Shown here: positions 15,527-24,963 of the stretch, one piece after another
How positions within the stretch are numbered: the first letter of the stretch is position 1
Layout: the number at the start of each line of letters is the position of its first letter
NCBI RefSeq assembly: GCF_000172995.2
Contig: NC_014729.1
Location: 330,001-362,000, forward strand
Direction: 5' to 3'
DNA length: 32,000 bases
Source of the DNA: Halogeometricum borinquense DSM 11551
GTDB lineage: Archaea; Halobacteriota; Halobacteria; Halobacteriales; Haloferacaceae
The notes under the pieces: model-generated
What the model was told of the DNA's origin: nothing
Database searches by the model: none
Seen by the model: only the letters and a program-made list of their open reading frames with translations
Program-made: the position numbers and the translations under genes

Positions 15527-16213
15527 ATGGGTCTCGTCGCCGAGTTCGAAATCGATTGTGATGCACTCCCGCTCGTCGAGGTGGCGGCGGCCGTGCCAGA
15601 GGCGATGATAGAGGTTGCAATCCAGTTCAACCACGGCAATCGGCCACCGTTTATCGCCCATATAACGCACGGGGACCCTGATGCAATCGAACGCGCCTTC
15701 GAGTCGGGAGCATTCGCGGCAGAGTACACTCTGGTCGGACGGGCGGGCGAGACACACCGATATCAGATCCTCCCAGCGGTCGGGTTAGAAGCAAAACTCG
15801 GTGAACAAATCGATGATCTCGACGGTCTCCGCGCGCTCGCTACCACCGATGCCATCATCGAGCGGATCCGTGTCACCTCCTCCGGTTGGATTCAAACAGG
15901 GTGGTTCGCTAATACGGACGAGTTTGATATGTTCCGCCGATTCTGGCAGCAAAACGCCGGCTTCTCGCTCCGCCGATTAACCCACGACGGCGAACCCGAA
16001 GAGCCGGGTGATGGGCTTACCGACCCCCAGCGCGAGGCGCTCCGAACGGCCTACGAAATGGGATACTTCGAGATTCCACGGACCGCGTCTCTGGACGATG
16101 TCGCGGGCGAACTCGGTATTACTGCGTCTTCGCTTTCCGAACGACTTCGTCGCGCACAGACCCACCTCATCGAAACGACAGTTGCCTCGACGTGGCCCCC
16201 GCTCCCGGTGTGA
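15527..16213 (+). CDS. HTH_10 (bat-type) transcriptional regulator
   Basis: I placed the start at ATG 15527 (MGLVAEFEIDCDALPLVE...), a typical N-terminus for this family. The C-terminal LTDPQREALRTAYEMGYFEIPRTASLDDVAGELGITASSLSERLRRAQTHL is the HTH_10 motif. The ORF-track start at 15404 adds an Arg-rich, atypical leader. Confidence 0.82.
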   Translation: MGLVAEFEIDCDALPLVEVAAAVPEAMIEVAIQFNHGNRPPFIAHITHGDPDAIERAFESGAFAAEYTLVGRAGETHRYQILPAVGLEAKLGEQIDDLDGLRALATTDAIIERIRVTSSGWIQTGWFANTDEFDMFRRFWQQNAGFSLRRLTHDGEPEEPGDGLTDPQREALRTAYEMGYFEIPRTASLDDVAGELGITASSLSERLRRAQTHLIETTVASTWPPLPV

Positions 16214-16326
16214 GGACGCCGGTGTCGAACCACCGCATGCGGTTGGAGTCGTTCGCTGTCGTATAAATGGCCTCACGACTGAGATACAGTCTTAGCCGAA
16301 TCTGCCGCCAACGTGACGGTGCAGCG

Positions 16327-17460
16327 ATGAACGCCCCTCGTTCGACCGTACAGACGAATCGCGCAGATCGATCAGACGCAGCGAATCAGTCCGGTGCCGC
16401 GGATCAATCAGACGCAGCGAATCAGTCCGGTGCCGCGGATCAATCAGACGCAGCACAACTTGCAATCGACGCGACGGACGTACACGTTACCTACGATGAC
16501 GGTACTGAAGCCGTTTGCGGCGTCAATCTCTCCGTTTCGGCGGGCGAGTTCTTCGGCTTTCTGGGCCCGAACGGTGCCGGCAAAACGACCACGATCAAAA
16601 CGCTCGCCGCGCTACTCCGTCCGAATCTGGGTTCGGTGAGTATCAACGGATTCGACATCGAGAATGACTCGAAAGCGGTCCGCGAATCTATCGGTTACAT
16701 GGCACAGGAGACGAGCGTTGATGAAGCACTCACCGCTCGTGAGAACGTTCGCTTTGCCTGTGACATCTACGGCGTCCCGGCGGGCGAACGAGACGAACGG
16801 GTTGATGAGTTACTGGCGCTCGTGAATTTGACGCACGTTGCTGACAAACGGGCGGAGAACTTCTCCGGTGGAATGAAAAAACGGCTGGATGCCGCCACCG
16901 TACTCGTCCATCGACCGCCTGTCGTGTTTCTCGACGAACCGACGACCGGTCTCGACCCCGAAGCACGAATCCGGTTTTGGGAGTATCTCCGGTCGATCAA
17001 CGAACGAGGGACGACGGTAGTTCTGACGACCCAGTATCTGGAGGAAGTGGATCGGCTCTGTGACCGTCTCGCCGTCATTCAGGACGGTGAGATCATCGCA
17101 ACGGACACCCCGGACGCGCTGAAGTCGAGGGTCGGTGGCGACATCATCGAGTTGGCGCTGGACGATCCCGCTGCACGGACAACGGAGCGAGCAACGAGAA
17201 TCGTTCGTGAATCGAACGCTTTCGAAGCCGCAACTATCGAAACGACGGATCGCGGTCTCATAATCACGTCCGAACACGCCAGAGAAGCCGTGACCGACCT
17301 CTTCGTCTCACTCGACGACGCCGACATCACGGTCACCGGCCTCGACATTAGGTCACCGACGCTCGACGACGTGTTTCTCTCTATCACTGGAGAACGTTCG
17401 AACTCCTCTGATCTGTCTCCACAGCACGGGGTCACCTCGATGCAGGAGGTGTCCAAATGA
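16327..17460 (+). CDS. ABC-2 type (DrrA-like) exporter ATP-binding protein
   Basis: Walker A is GPNGAGKTTT, the signature is FSGGMKKRLDAA and Walker B is VVFLDEPTTGLDP, with a C-terminal DrrA-type domain. Start ATG 16327 is preceded by GGTG and lies about 36 nt downstream of the transcription start site (TSS) predicted from TATAAA at 16262-16267. An alternative ATG is at 16267. Confidence 0.85.
   Translation: MNAPRSTVQTNRADRSDAANQSGAADQSDAANQSGAADQSDAAQLAIDATDVHVTYDDGTEAVCGVNLSVSAGEFFGFLGPNGAGKTTTIKTLAALLRPNLGSVSINGFDIENDSKAVRESIGYMAQETSVDEALTARENVRFACDIYGVPAGERDERVDELLALVNLTHVADKRAENFSGGMKKRLDAATVLVHRPPVVFLDEPTTGLDPEARIRFWEYLRSINERGTTVVLTTQYLEEVDRLCDRLAVIQDGEIIATDTPDALKSRVGGDIIELALDDPAARTTERATRIVRESNAFEAATIETTDRGLIITSEHAREAVTDLFVSLDDADITVTGLDIRSPTLDDVFLSITGERSNSSDLSPQHGVTSMQEVSK
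16366..16454 (+). repeat. 36-bp tandem repeat, about 2.5 copies, in frame in the N-terminus of the ABC ATPase
   Basis: Unit GATC(G/A)ATCAGACGCAGCGAATCAGTCCGGTGCCGCG occurs at 16366-16401 and 16402-16437, with a 17-nt partial copy at 16438-16454. There is one mismatch. It encodes (D)QSDAANQSGAA repeats. Confidence 0.95.
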
Positions 17461-18374
17461 GTCGATTCACCGACGATGCCGACACGTCCGAAATCGGGAC
17501 TGCACAGCGAGCATCGGGGAACCGTTTCGTGGTGGACATCCGAGTCAGTCTCAAGCGATGGCTCATCAAGACGTCCCGAAACCCCTTCGTGACGTTCTCA
17601 TCGCTCGTGCAACCGATCATCTTCTTCGTGCTGATGGCCGAAGTCTTCGGTTCGATTGCTGGTGGGACGCTTTCCCAAACACTCGGTGACGAGATCAACT
17701 ACGTGACGTATCTCACTCCGGCCATCGTGATTCAATCTGCGCTCGCCGCGGCGGCCGTCTCCGGTATCGGGCTGGTCGATGACATCGAAACGGGGATGTT
17801 CGAGAAAATACTCGTCTCCCCGATGAATCGGGGGGCGATGTTCCTAGGGAAGGTCCTTTCGGAGGTGGTTCGCATCGCTATCCAGACGGCGATCATCCTC
17901 GCTCTCGGCTACGCGATGCTGTTTCTGCAATCGGCTGCTTCGGTCGAGACCTATCTCCAGACGGGAGCTATCGGCGCTATCGGTATCGTCGGCATCGCGG
18001 TGATATTCGGCGGTGTCTTCATGGCGTACTCGAATATCGTCGCGCTCGTGACCCGCGACAGAGAGGCGACAATCATGATTGCGAACCTCCTGACGTTCCC
18101 GTTACTGTTCGTCTCCAGCGCGTTTCTCCCCCTTTCGGTCCTCCCGGGCTGGATTCGGACGTTCGCGGTGTTCAATCCGATCACCTACGGTGTTGACGCC
18201 ATCCGGGCGCTCATGCTCGGTCAAGACACGCTGTCTGTTCTCCATGTCACCGTCTTCTCGGGGTTCTGGAACACAGTTATCCCTTCGCTCATCGTTCTTC
18301 TGGGGGCTAACGCCGCTCTGGGCGGCATCGCTGTCCGTCTTCTCACGCGTGCCTCCCGCGCAGACGTACAGTAA
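17457..18374 (+). CDS. ABC-2 type transporter permease
   Basis: It has an ATGA overlap with the ATPase gene. The 305-aa protein has about 6 TM segments in the ABC-2 membrane layout (long first loop, C-terminal cluster of helices). Confidence 0.85.
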   Translation: MSRFTDDADTSEIGTAQRASGNRFVVDIRVSLKRWLIKTSRNPFVTFSSLVQPIIFFVLMAEVFGSIAGGTLSQTLGDEINYVTYLTPAIVIQSALAAAAVSGIGLVDDIETGMFEKILVSPMNRGAMFLGKVLSEVVRIAIQTAIILALGYAMLFLQSAASVETYLQTGAIGAIGIVGIAVIFGGVFMAYSNIVALVTRDREATIMIANLLTFPLLFVSSAFLPLSVLPGWIRTFAVFNPITYGVDAIRALMLGQDTLSVLHVTVFSGFWNTVIPSLIVLLGANAALGGIAVRLLTRASRADVQ

Positions 18375-18382
18375 CACCTCTT

Positions 18383-18994
18383 TTAAGAATCCAGACCGAC
18401 AGCCGGATAGGATTGTGCTTGTCCACTCGAATTCCGGGCGACGATTTGGGTTCGCATTGCGGTCCGGCCGTCGTCTCGGGATTCGGTTTTCGCATCGAAC
18501 GCGAGTACGGTGAGGTCCAAGCAGGTGTGGAGCAGTTCGTTTGCCCCGAAGCGATACTGGTCACCGCTCGGACCCGCCTCGTACTGATCGGTCGACCGCA
18601 GATGATGTTCGTAGAAGAGAACGCCGTCTTCGGCGAGTGCGTCGATGAGATCTGGGAGCCGATCAACCGTGCGATAGAAGCTGACCGTAATGAGATCGTA
18701 CCTGTCTTGGGGAAACTCGTGAGAAGGGATGTCCACTTGGAGACAGTCGAGTTGGTCGGCAACATCGCGGTCACGTGCTCGCTCACGCGTGATTCGCAAC
18801 CCTTCGCGAGACTGGTCGATGGCTTCCACTTCGTAGCCTTCCTCGGCGAGGAAGACGGCGTTTCGTCCGGTACCAGCCGCAACGTCGAGTGCGCGTCCCG
18901 GTGGGAGTGCATCGACGTACTGTTCGAGAAGCGGTGCTGGCTCCGGATCGCTTGGATACTCGCCGGAGCGGAACCGTTCGTCCCAGTTTGTCAT
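18383..18994 (-). CDS. Class I SAM-dependent methyltransferase
   Basis: The motif I region is RALDVAAGTGRNAVFLAEEGYEVEAIDQS. Downstream are the acidic loop DVADQLDCLQVDI and motif-IV-like YDLITVSF. Confidence 0.8.
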   Translation of the reverse strand: MTNWDERFRSGEYPSDPEPAPLLEQYVDALPPGRALDVAAGTGRNAVFLAEEGYEVEAIDQSREGLRITRERARDRDVADQLDCLQVDIPSHEFPQDRYDLITVSFYRTVDRLPDLIDALAEDGVLFYEHHLRSTDQYEAGPSGDQYRFGANELLHTCLDLTVLAFDAKTESRDDGRTAMRTQIVARNSSGQAQSYPAVGLDS

Positions 18995-19341
18995 TGAACT
19001 GTTCTATGATCGACTGCGGTAAAGACTCAGTGGGGACATCACGTTCTGAACCGGTCGGCGACGGTTCACGAACCTTCTCTGGCACAACTGTGGTAGAACT
19101 GTCTCCCAGAAAAATTCGCTTGTCAGTGTGGGTGAGACAGTCTCTGTTTCTGGTCTCGTGACGTCGTTCTCTACCGTGCCGATGTCGTTTTAGAGACAAA
19201 ACGCACATTTCGAATTATCAAATTTACTTGCCAATAAACACTGAATATGTCTGAATTTGGCTAGCCTAATCCTCACAAACGGAGATTTAGGCCCGCCAAA
19301 CACCACAGATTTATTACAAATACGGGTGTATGGTATTCTGT

Positions 19342-19668
19342 ATGAGTGCTGAAAGTCTTGAACGAAGAACGCGAAACTACCTCAGTAACAACGTCCCGCA
19401 GATTCAGGAACATGGCGGACACTTCGAGATCGAAGACGTCGATAACGAAACCGGTGAAGTGACGGTTGCCATCGGTGGTGCCTGCTCGGGATGCGGTATT
19501 GCACCGATGACGATGCGAGCGATCAGACATCGCCTCCCCGACGAAGTTGACGACATCTCGAAAGTAACTGTCCGTCGCGCAGGTGGCCCCCGAGCGGCCG
19601 TGATGCCGGACAAGACCGCAGAAATGGAGGAGATGGAAGAGTACAAAGACTACGAGCCACCGTTCTAG
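19342..19668 (+). CDS. NifU-like (C-terminal NifU/Nfu domain) Fe-S cluster assembly or carrier protein
   Basis: IQEHGGHFEIEDVDNETGEVTVAIGGACSGCGIAPMTM carries the CxxC Nfu motif. TTTATT at 19310-19315 predicts a TSS near 19339, which favours ATG 19342 over ATG 19330. Confidence 0.8.
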   Translation: MSAESLERRTRNYLSNNVPQIQEHGGHFEIEDVDNETGEVTVAIGGACSGCGIAPMTMRAIRHRLPDEVDDISKVTVRRAGGPRAAVMPDKTAEMEEMEEYKDYEPPF

Positions 19669-19775
19669 TGACGGATCCGACGAGTACGCTATCGCTCGCG
19701 TTCTCGGATTAGCACCCTGAGAATCTGTTTTAGGGGGTTTGTGGTTTCATTTCCGTCTTTTCGAGGCGTGCGAAG

Positions 19776-20207
19776 TCACTCTTGAGCAGAGTCACCGGTC
19801 GAAACGTATGGTTCCCCTCGTGTCTCCACAGCAGCGTCGCCGTCGTAGGGGAGTGTCGATGCGAGTCGATCCGCGATATCGGGACTCACGACTCCCGCCA
19901 TCTCCATCGCCTCGGATTCGTAGTCATCGAGTTCGAGCACGCTTCGGAAGAACCACGAGAGCGTCACGTACGTGTCATGCAACTCTGCTGCCGTCTCTCG
20001 TCCGACCTGTGTGAGTTCGGCACCGTCGTACGGTTTGTAGGTGACCAGTCCCTCGTCGTCCAACCGATGGAACGTCTCTATTGCCGTTGCTGATGATCGA
20101 TTGAGCATCGATGCGACGATACCGGGTGAGACGGGTGCCGACTCTCGATGCTCGGCAATATACAGCGCGATGAGATATTGCGGGCGGCCGCTCATCCGCT
20201 CCCCCAT
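19776..20207 (-). CDS. DtxR/MntR/SirR-family metal-dependent transcriptional regulator
   Basis: QYLIALYIAEHRESAPVSPGIVASMLNRSSATAIETFHRLDDEGLVTYKPYDGAELTQVGRETA is the DtxR-type wHTH. It is followed by the dimerisation/metal domain (LHDTYVTLSWFF...). An alternative ATG is at 20195. Confidence 0.82.
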   Translation of the reverse strand: MGERMSGRPQYLIALYIAEHRESAPVSPGIVASMLNRSSATAIETFHRLDDEGLVTYKPYDGAELTQVGRETAAELHDTYVTLSWFFRSVLELDDYESEAMEMAGVVSPDIADRLASTLPYDGDAAVETRGEPYVSTGDSAQE

Positions 20208-20500
20208 CGAACGACGGATGACTCGACGTACGAATCCGTCTCTGTCGGTCGATCACCGAACGGAGCCGTGTTTCCCCCGTCGAATTCGGACATTGCGCTG
20301 GCTTCTATCTCCGGCGCTTCGTCGGTTCGGCCACCGACTCGGTCCGCGAACTATCTACAGCCTTCACGCGCGAACGACTATTGACAGCTGTATCGCCGTG
20401 TTCGAGAGACGCTCGGTGGGTCGGTGTCCAGCGCGTCGCAAGTACCTTGTCCATGGATTTTGGCCGGCCTAAAAATCTAAAGAAGTTTCGGTTGTTAGGC

Positions 20501-20520
20501 AAACCAAAAAGTGTGAAAAA
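20501..20520 (-). terminator. Oligo-T tracts downstream of the amidotransferase gene
   Basis: The minus strand reads ...CAGTTTTTCACACTTTTTGG immediately after the stop at 20533-20535. Two T5 runs of this kind are typical archaeal termination signals. Confidence 0.45.
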
Positions 20521-20532
20521 CTGGTCTTCGAA

Positions 20533-21219
20533 TCAGTCGCTCACGGATGTCCGTTGTTGGCAGCACTGGGAGAAGTTTTCGAGCGTTCGTGTCGCCGTGG
20601 ACGCCTCGAACGAGTACTCGCTTTCGTCCCACGAATCGCTGTATTCAGGACGGATTTCGGGCGTGAACTCGGGGTGATACTGGACGGTCCAGATTGGACG
20701 CTCGTGATGGCGCGTCGCAAAGTATCGGTTGTAGTCGGCTGTACCGACGACTTCCATCCCTTCACCCGGTTCGGTCACGATATCGGAGTGGAGGACGGGG
20801 ACGACGTTTCTAACTCCTTCAAAAAGGGGAATCTCGGCTAGCGACGCTTCGACGAGATAGTTTCGGGACTCTCCGCTGTTGACGACGGTGCCCCCGAGTA
20901 CTTCGTTTACGAGTTGGTGTCCGAAACAGATCCCCAATAGCGGGATTTCTTCGTCGATGACTGCCTCGACGAACTCCTTCTGTCGGGTAATCCACGGCTG
21001 GTCCGGTTCGTCGTAGACGCCAGCGCCGCTTCCGCCGATGACCACGCCGTCAACGTCCTCGAGCGATGGATCGTCGTCTCCGTTCGGATAGTTGTACATC
21101 CGCACGTCATCGCCGGGTAACAGGCGGGCGACTTCGCCGGCCATGTATCCACCTTCCACTGCGTTGTCCACTACCAGTATCACGATACCTCCCGGTTCGG
21201 TTCCCAGTTTAATATACAT
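20533..21219 (-). CDS. Class I glutamine amidotransferase (GATase1, GuaA-N-like)
   Basis: LLGICFGHQLV is the nucleophile elbow Cys and VQYHPEF is the catalytic His. Confidence 0.85.
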   Translation of the reverse strand: MYIKLGTEPGGIVILVVDNAVEGGYMAGEVARLLPGDDVRMYNYPNGDDDPSLEDVDGVVIGGSGAGVYDEPDQPWITRQKEFVEAVIDEEIPLLGICFGHQLVNEVLGGTVVNSGESRNYLVEASLAEIPLFEGVRNVVPVLHSDIVTEPGEGMEVVGTADYNRYFATRHHERPIWTVQYHPEFTPEIRPEYSDSWDESEYSFEASTATRTLENFSQCCQQRTSVSD

Positions 21220-21356
21220 CTAGTCGCCCAGCCAAAATTATTCATCAGTGATATCTCGCCCGAACTGTGCTGAATTCAGGTGTGACCCACCCACTGACAA
21301 TCCTTTATAAATCCAAAAGATTGCTTATGGTGCAGCAAATACCCATTCTGAATTAG

Positions 21357-23537
<2,181 letters not shown>

Positions 23538-23631
23538 GCTGCGCGTATCTGGACCGGTGCTCGTGTGCGACCGCTCGATTGAGTGGAGCCACGGTCCCCA
23601 GTCCGGTCTCACAATCGACGTGATTTCCATC

Positions 23632-23659
23632 TTTTTTCAGCATTTCAGCAGAGCTGAAA
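23632..23659 (+). terminator. T6 run plus perfect 7-bp hairpin downstream of katG
   Basis: TTTTTT lies at 23632-23637, followed by TTTCAGC-AGA-GCTGAAA at 23643-23659, about 95 nt after the katG stop. Confidence 0.4.
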
Positions 23660-23793
23660 CGGTGGAACGAGCGAGCGCTACGACCGTTCTCATCGAAATC
23701 ACAAACTGCCCGCTGTGGCTTTCCTGTGGCGAACAGAGGACTGAAAAAGCGACGGAGTTGACGGTATCTCCAGAACGCTAATGGGTGTGAGTA

Positions 23794-23831
23794 CGTCGGG
23801 GGAGTGAGCGAAGCGAACGGACCCGACGGGA
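23794..23831. repeat. Distal copy of a 38-bp direct repeat derived from the tRNA-Arg 3' end and flank (att-like)
   Basis: CGTCGGGGGAGTGAGCGAAGCGAACGGACCCGACGGGA matches 24811-24848 at 37 of 38 positions. Weaker similarity extends about 25 nt further toward lower coordinates. Confidence 0.9.
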
Positions 23832-23935
23832 ATGCGTCATCGCGTGTGACAGAACCGTGTTAATCGGCGTGCTGTCTGGCGATTAACGACACACAGTTCT
23901 AACTACCGCAGATACACTTCTACCTGCTCGACGAC

Positions 23936-24232
23936 TTAGTCTACAAACGCCTTTTCGAGACGCCCTTGCCAGGCGACGAAGTCCTCTTTCCGAGGTGAAT
24001 GAACTGCCCACGGTGAGACGAACGAGTCGCGAGGAACACCACCGACCTCCCACAGGTCATCGGTAAGTGGGAGTGAATCGTCGTACCCCTTCGTCGAGAT
24101 GGCGACGGCGATGTACTGCTGGTCACCGAACGGGTGCGTGCTATTGTTGACGATAAGCCACGGTCGTTGCCTGTCGTCGCCGAGTTTGAACGGGTCGGAA
24201 CTCCGGACGACGTCACCACGCTCTGGTTGCAT
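23936..24232 (-). CDS. PemK/MazF-like type II toxin (98 aa)
   Basis: MQPERGDVVRSSDPFKLGDDRQRPWLIVNNSTHPFGDQQYIAVAISTKGYDDSLPL has the RGDVV...RPxLIVsn...ISTk pattern of MazF/PemK SH3-like toxins. The gene starts immediately after the upstream gene's stop. Confidence 0.75.
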   Translation of the reverse strand: MQPERGDVVRSSDPFKLGDDRQRPWLIVNNSTHPFGDQQYIAVAISTKGYDDSLPLTDDLWEVGGVPRDSFVSPWAVHSPRKEDFVAWQGRLEKAFVD

Positions 24233-24604
24233 CTACTGTTCGTCCTCGTCTCGTTCGCTCGGATGGGGTGCTTCTGGTGCCACTGTCTCCCATTCGTCAG
24301 CGTCGATACCGCCGTCTTCGTCGTCTAGTCTGTCGGTCGTGGTGTGGAGGTCGTACGCGGCGGCGACGCGCTCGTCGTCATCCGTGATTGCCCAGAACTC
24401 CCGCTTGTGGCGAACGAGATTACGGTCCTTCAAGCGGGAGAGTGCAGTGCCGACGGTGTTCGGGTCTTCACTGATGGCGGTCGCAATCTCCGAGCGCGTG
24501 AACGCCTGATCGCTGTGGGTGTAGAGATACGTGACCACCTGTTCCGGGACGCTTGGTCCTCGTGGAAGGTCACCGGACTCGAAGTCGTCGATGCTCACGG
24601 GCAT
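24233..24604 (-). CDS. Winged-helix (MarR/TrmB-like) protein with acidic tail, the putative cognate antitoxin/autorepressor
   Basis: VVTYLYTHSDQAFTRSEIATAISEDPNTVGTALSRLKDRNLVRHKREFWAI is the wHTH. The C-terminal tail DDEDGGIDADEWE...ERDEDEQ is highly acidic. The stop (24233-24235) abuts the toxin ATG (24230-24232). Confidence 0.7.
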   Translation of the reverse strand: MPVSIDDFESGDLPRGPSVPEQVVTYLYTHSDQAFTRSEIATAISEDPNTVGTALSRLKDRNLVRHKREFWAITDDDERVAAAYDLHTTTDRLDDEDGGIDADEWETVAPEAPHPSERDEDEQ

Positions 24605-24810
24605 ACTATGACTGTAGTGTGCTGATGTAATGAGTGTACTGCTGTACTTTGTGTGCTGGATATCGTAGTGAGTTCGTCACGGTGCGTGCCAGACCCCGTG
24701 GACGAGAAAACGTGTGATTTGGGGGCTACAGCACTCGTTCTTTGGTTCTACACCGCTCCAGAACTGTACGGACCCGACGGGACTCCCACGAGCGCTAGCG
24801 AGTGGGAGGT

Positions 24811-24848
24811 CGTCGGGGGAGTGAGCGACGCGAACGGACCCGACGGGA
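24811..24848. repeat. Proximal copy of the 38-bp direct repeat, overlapping the last 14 nt of tRNA-Arg
   Basis: CGTCGGGGGAGTGAGCGACGCGAACGGACCCGACGGGA. A third partial copy, ACGGACCCGACGGGA, lies at 24768-24782. Confidence 0.9.
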
Positions 24849-24907
24849 TTTGAACCCGCGACATCTTGGTCCGGAACCAAGCACTCTGTCCACTGAGCTA
24901 CGGGCCC
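24835..24907 (-). tRNA. tRNA-Arg (anticodon CCG), 73 nt, CCA not encoded
   Basis: The minus strand folds as GGGCCCG-TA-GCTC-AGTGGACA-GAGT-G-CTTGG-TTCCGGA-CCAAG-ATGTC-GCGGG-TTCAAAT-CCCGT-CGGGTCC-G. This is a full cloverleaf with U33, anticodon CCG and the TTCAAAT T-loop. Confidence 0.93.
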
Positions 24908-24963
24908 TCGGGCACAGATACCGCTCGCCTGCGTTTAACCGTTGTGAACCACGTTGATAAATC

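Noticed and set aside
15254-15757. 167-aa minus-strand ORF (and 15322..15729) overlapping the start of the HTH_10 gene
   Set aside because: The composition is Cys/Arg/His-rich and atypical. The ORF is antisense to a gene with a clear HTH_10 signature and overlaps the 79-aa gene's start.
16366-16454. 36-bp repeats as a possible mini CRISPR array
   Set aside because: The copies are directly contiguous with no spacers, they are in frame within a CDS, and there are no cas genes nearby.
20192-20293. 33-codon minus-strand ORF (MSEFDGGNTAPFGDRPTETDSYVESSVVRWGSG) overlapping the DtxR-family start, as a possible uORF
   Set aside because: It is too short, with only moderate GC3 bias and no promoter or homology support available from sequence alone. 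It is mentioned only within the spacer finding.
24653-24880. ORFs 24653..24853 (plus strand) and 24677..24880 (minus) across the tRNA and repeat region
   Set aside because: They overlap a well-folded tRNA-Arg and its att-like repeats and have no coding bias.
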